From contig NC_057755.1 of assembly GCF_004010195.1 (NCBI RefSeq), positions 4,746,155 through 4,810,154 of the forward strand: a DNA stretch of 64,000 nucleotides. Direction: 5' to 3'. A model generated the notes under the pieces. It saw nothing but the letters and a program-made list of their open reading frames with translations, did no database searches and was not told the origin of the DNA. This stretch comes from Chiloscyllium plagiosum. Its lineage: Eukaryota. This document shows positions 63,401 to 64,000 of this stretch, one piece after another. Made by a program: the position numbers and the translations under genes. Numbering within the stretch: the stretch's first letter is position 1; every line of letters starts with the position of its first letter.

Positions 63401-63736
63401 TCTCCTTCTGCCCTTCTAACTTCGACCTGTAAGCCTCTGCTTCATTTTTACTCCGGGTTTGGCGAATTTGCTCATGGTATCTGTTGTGTATGTTTGGAAC
63501 CGCATAATTAAGTCTAGTTTGGATCGACTGAGTTCTGTGGGTATTTTGTATTCTGTTCTTTGTGTCTTATTCCGTAATTTTGTGAATACACTTTTGTCTG
63601 TTTTAAATCCTTGTAGTCAACGTAGCTGACCTACTCCGGGTAACTTTCACTGTTCTCGCGCCAAAACAAATAGCAAAGCTACAGTCTAGGCTGCCTGCTT
63701 AAAAATGTTTGGAGTAATCTGACGTTGTCCATAACG
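60465..63736 (+). mobile_element. Gmr1-like Gypsy retrotransposon (integrase upstream of RT-RNase H), 5'-truncated, with 3' LTR
   Basis: INT GLPIEIQSDEGS..ERWHQTLKTML (60492-60734); RT IKQHPYR..WNSPKVMVPKPHGTPRLCVD (61391-61768), CVVYIDDL at 62071; RNase H LAIDACDVG..YSTVEKE (62447-62830); purine tract aaggtgggagg at ~63055; LTR homologous to 23940-24797. Confidence 0.92.
61860..62058. mobile_element. Fold-back pair of PLE hammerhead terminal repeats with 11-bp TSD inside Gypsy RT
   Basis: Arms ~61870-61950 and ~61952-62010 are reverse complements over the shared core; TSD ggatctccaac at 61849-61859 and 62059-62069. Confidence 0.92.
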
Positions 63737-64000
63737 CATTAAATAGCATTATCTCTGGTCCGACAGTCCTCACACACGCACATTTCTCACCATTCCCCAT
63801 AAGAGTTAATCCCCAACTGCTCAAACATCTGTCTCTTTCAGCCTTAAATCTACAGGGAGTGCAGCCAAACCAGTCCATGTGATTGGTACTCCAAAGACAA
63901 CCCGCTGAGCGAAGAAATCCCTTTTCATCTCCGTCCTAACTGGATGCCTCTTAATCCACGCACTCGCATAAGGACAGCTCCAACAACACACAGGAAGCTT

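Overview
Repeat-dense vertebrate genomic DNA, most likely a cartilaginous fish: HE1-like tRNA SINEs, HER1/CR1-like LINEs and GPR139-like receptors point that way (inference). The host content is a tandem cluster of two-exon GPR139-like class A GPCR genes. One gene is intact (exon 1 36751-36820 spliced to exon 2 46345-47249, 324 aa). There is also a + strand pseudogene, an older - strand pseudogene, and an orphan exon 1 (54202-54271) whose exon 2 appears lost at a junction with a Gmr1-like LTR retrotransposon. The three + strand units are segmental duplicates, so filled and empty insertion sites can be compared directly. The most striking non-coding signal is a dispersed set of short Penelope-like (PLE) terminal repeats carrying a minimal type I hammerhead ribozyme core (CTGANGA-N-stem II-GAAACGTC). 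Many are flanked by 9-14 bp target-site duplications (TSDs) and several form head-to-head fold-back pairs with no coding sequence. Also present are CR1 LINEs (one with an esterase ORF1), Gypsy relics, local tandem and inverted duplications, and two assembly gaps. Repeat boundaries are approximate and read by eye.
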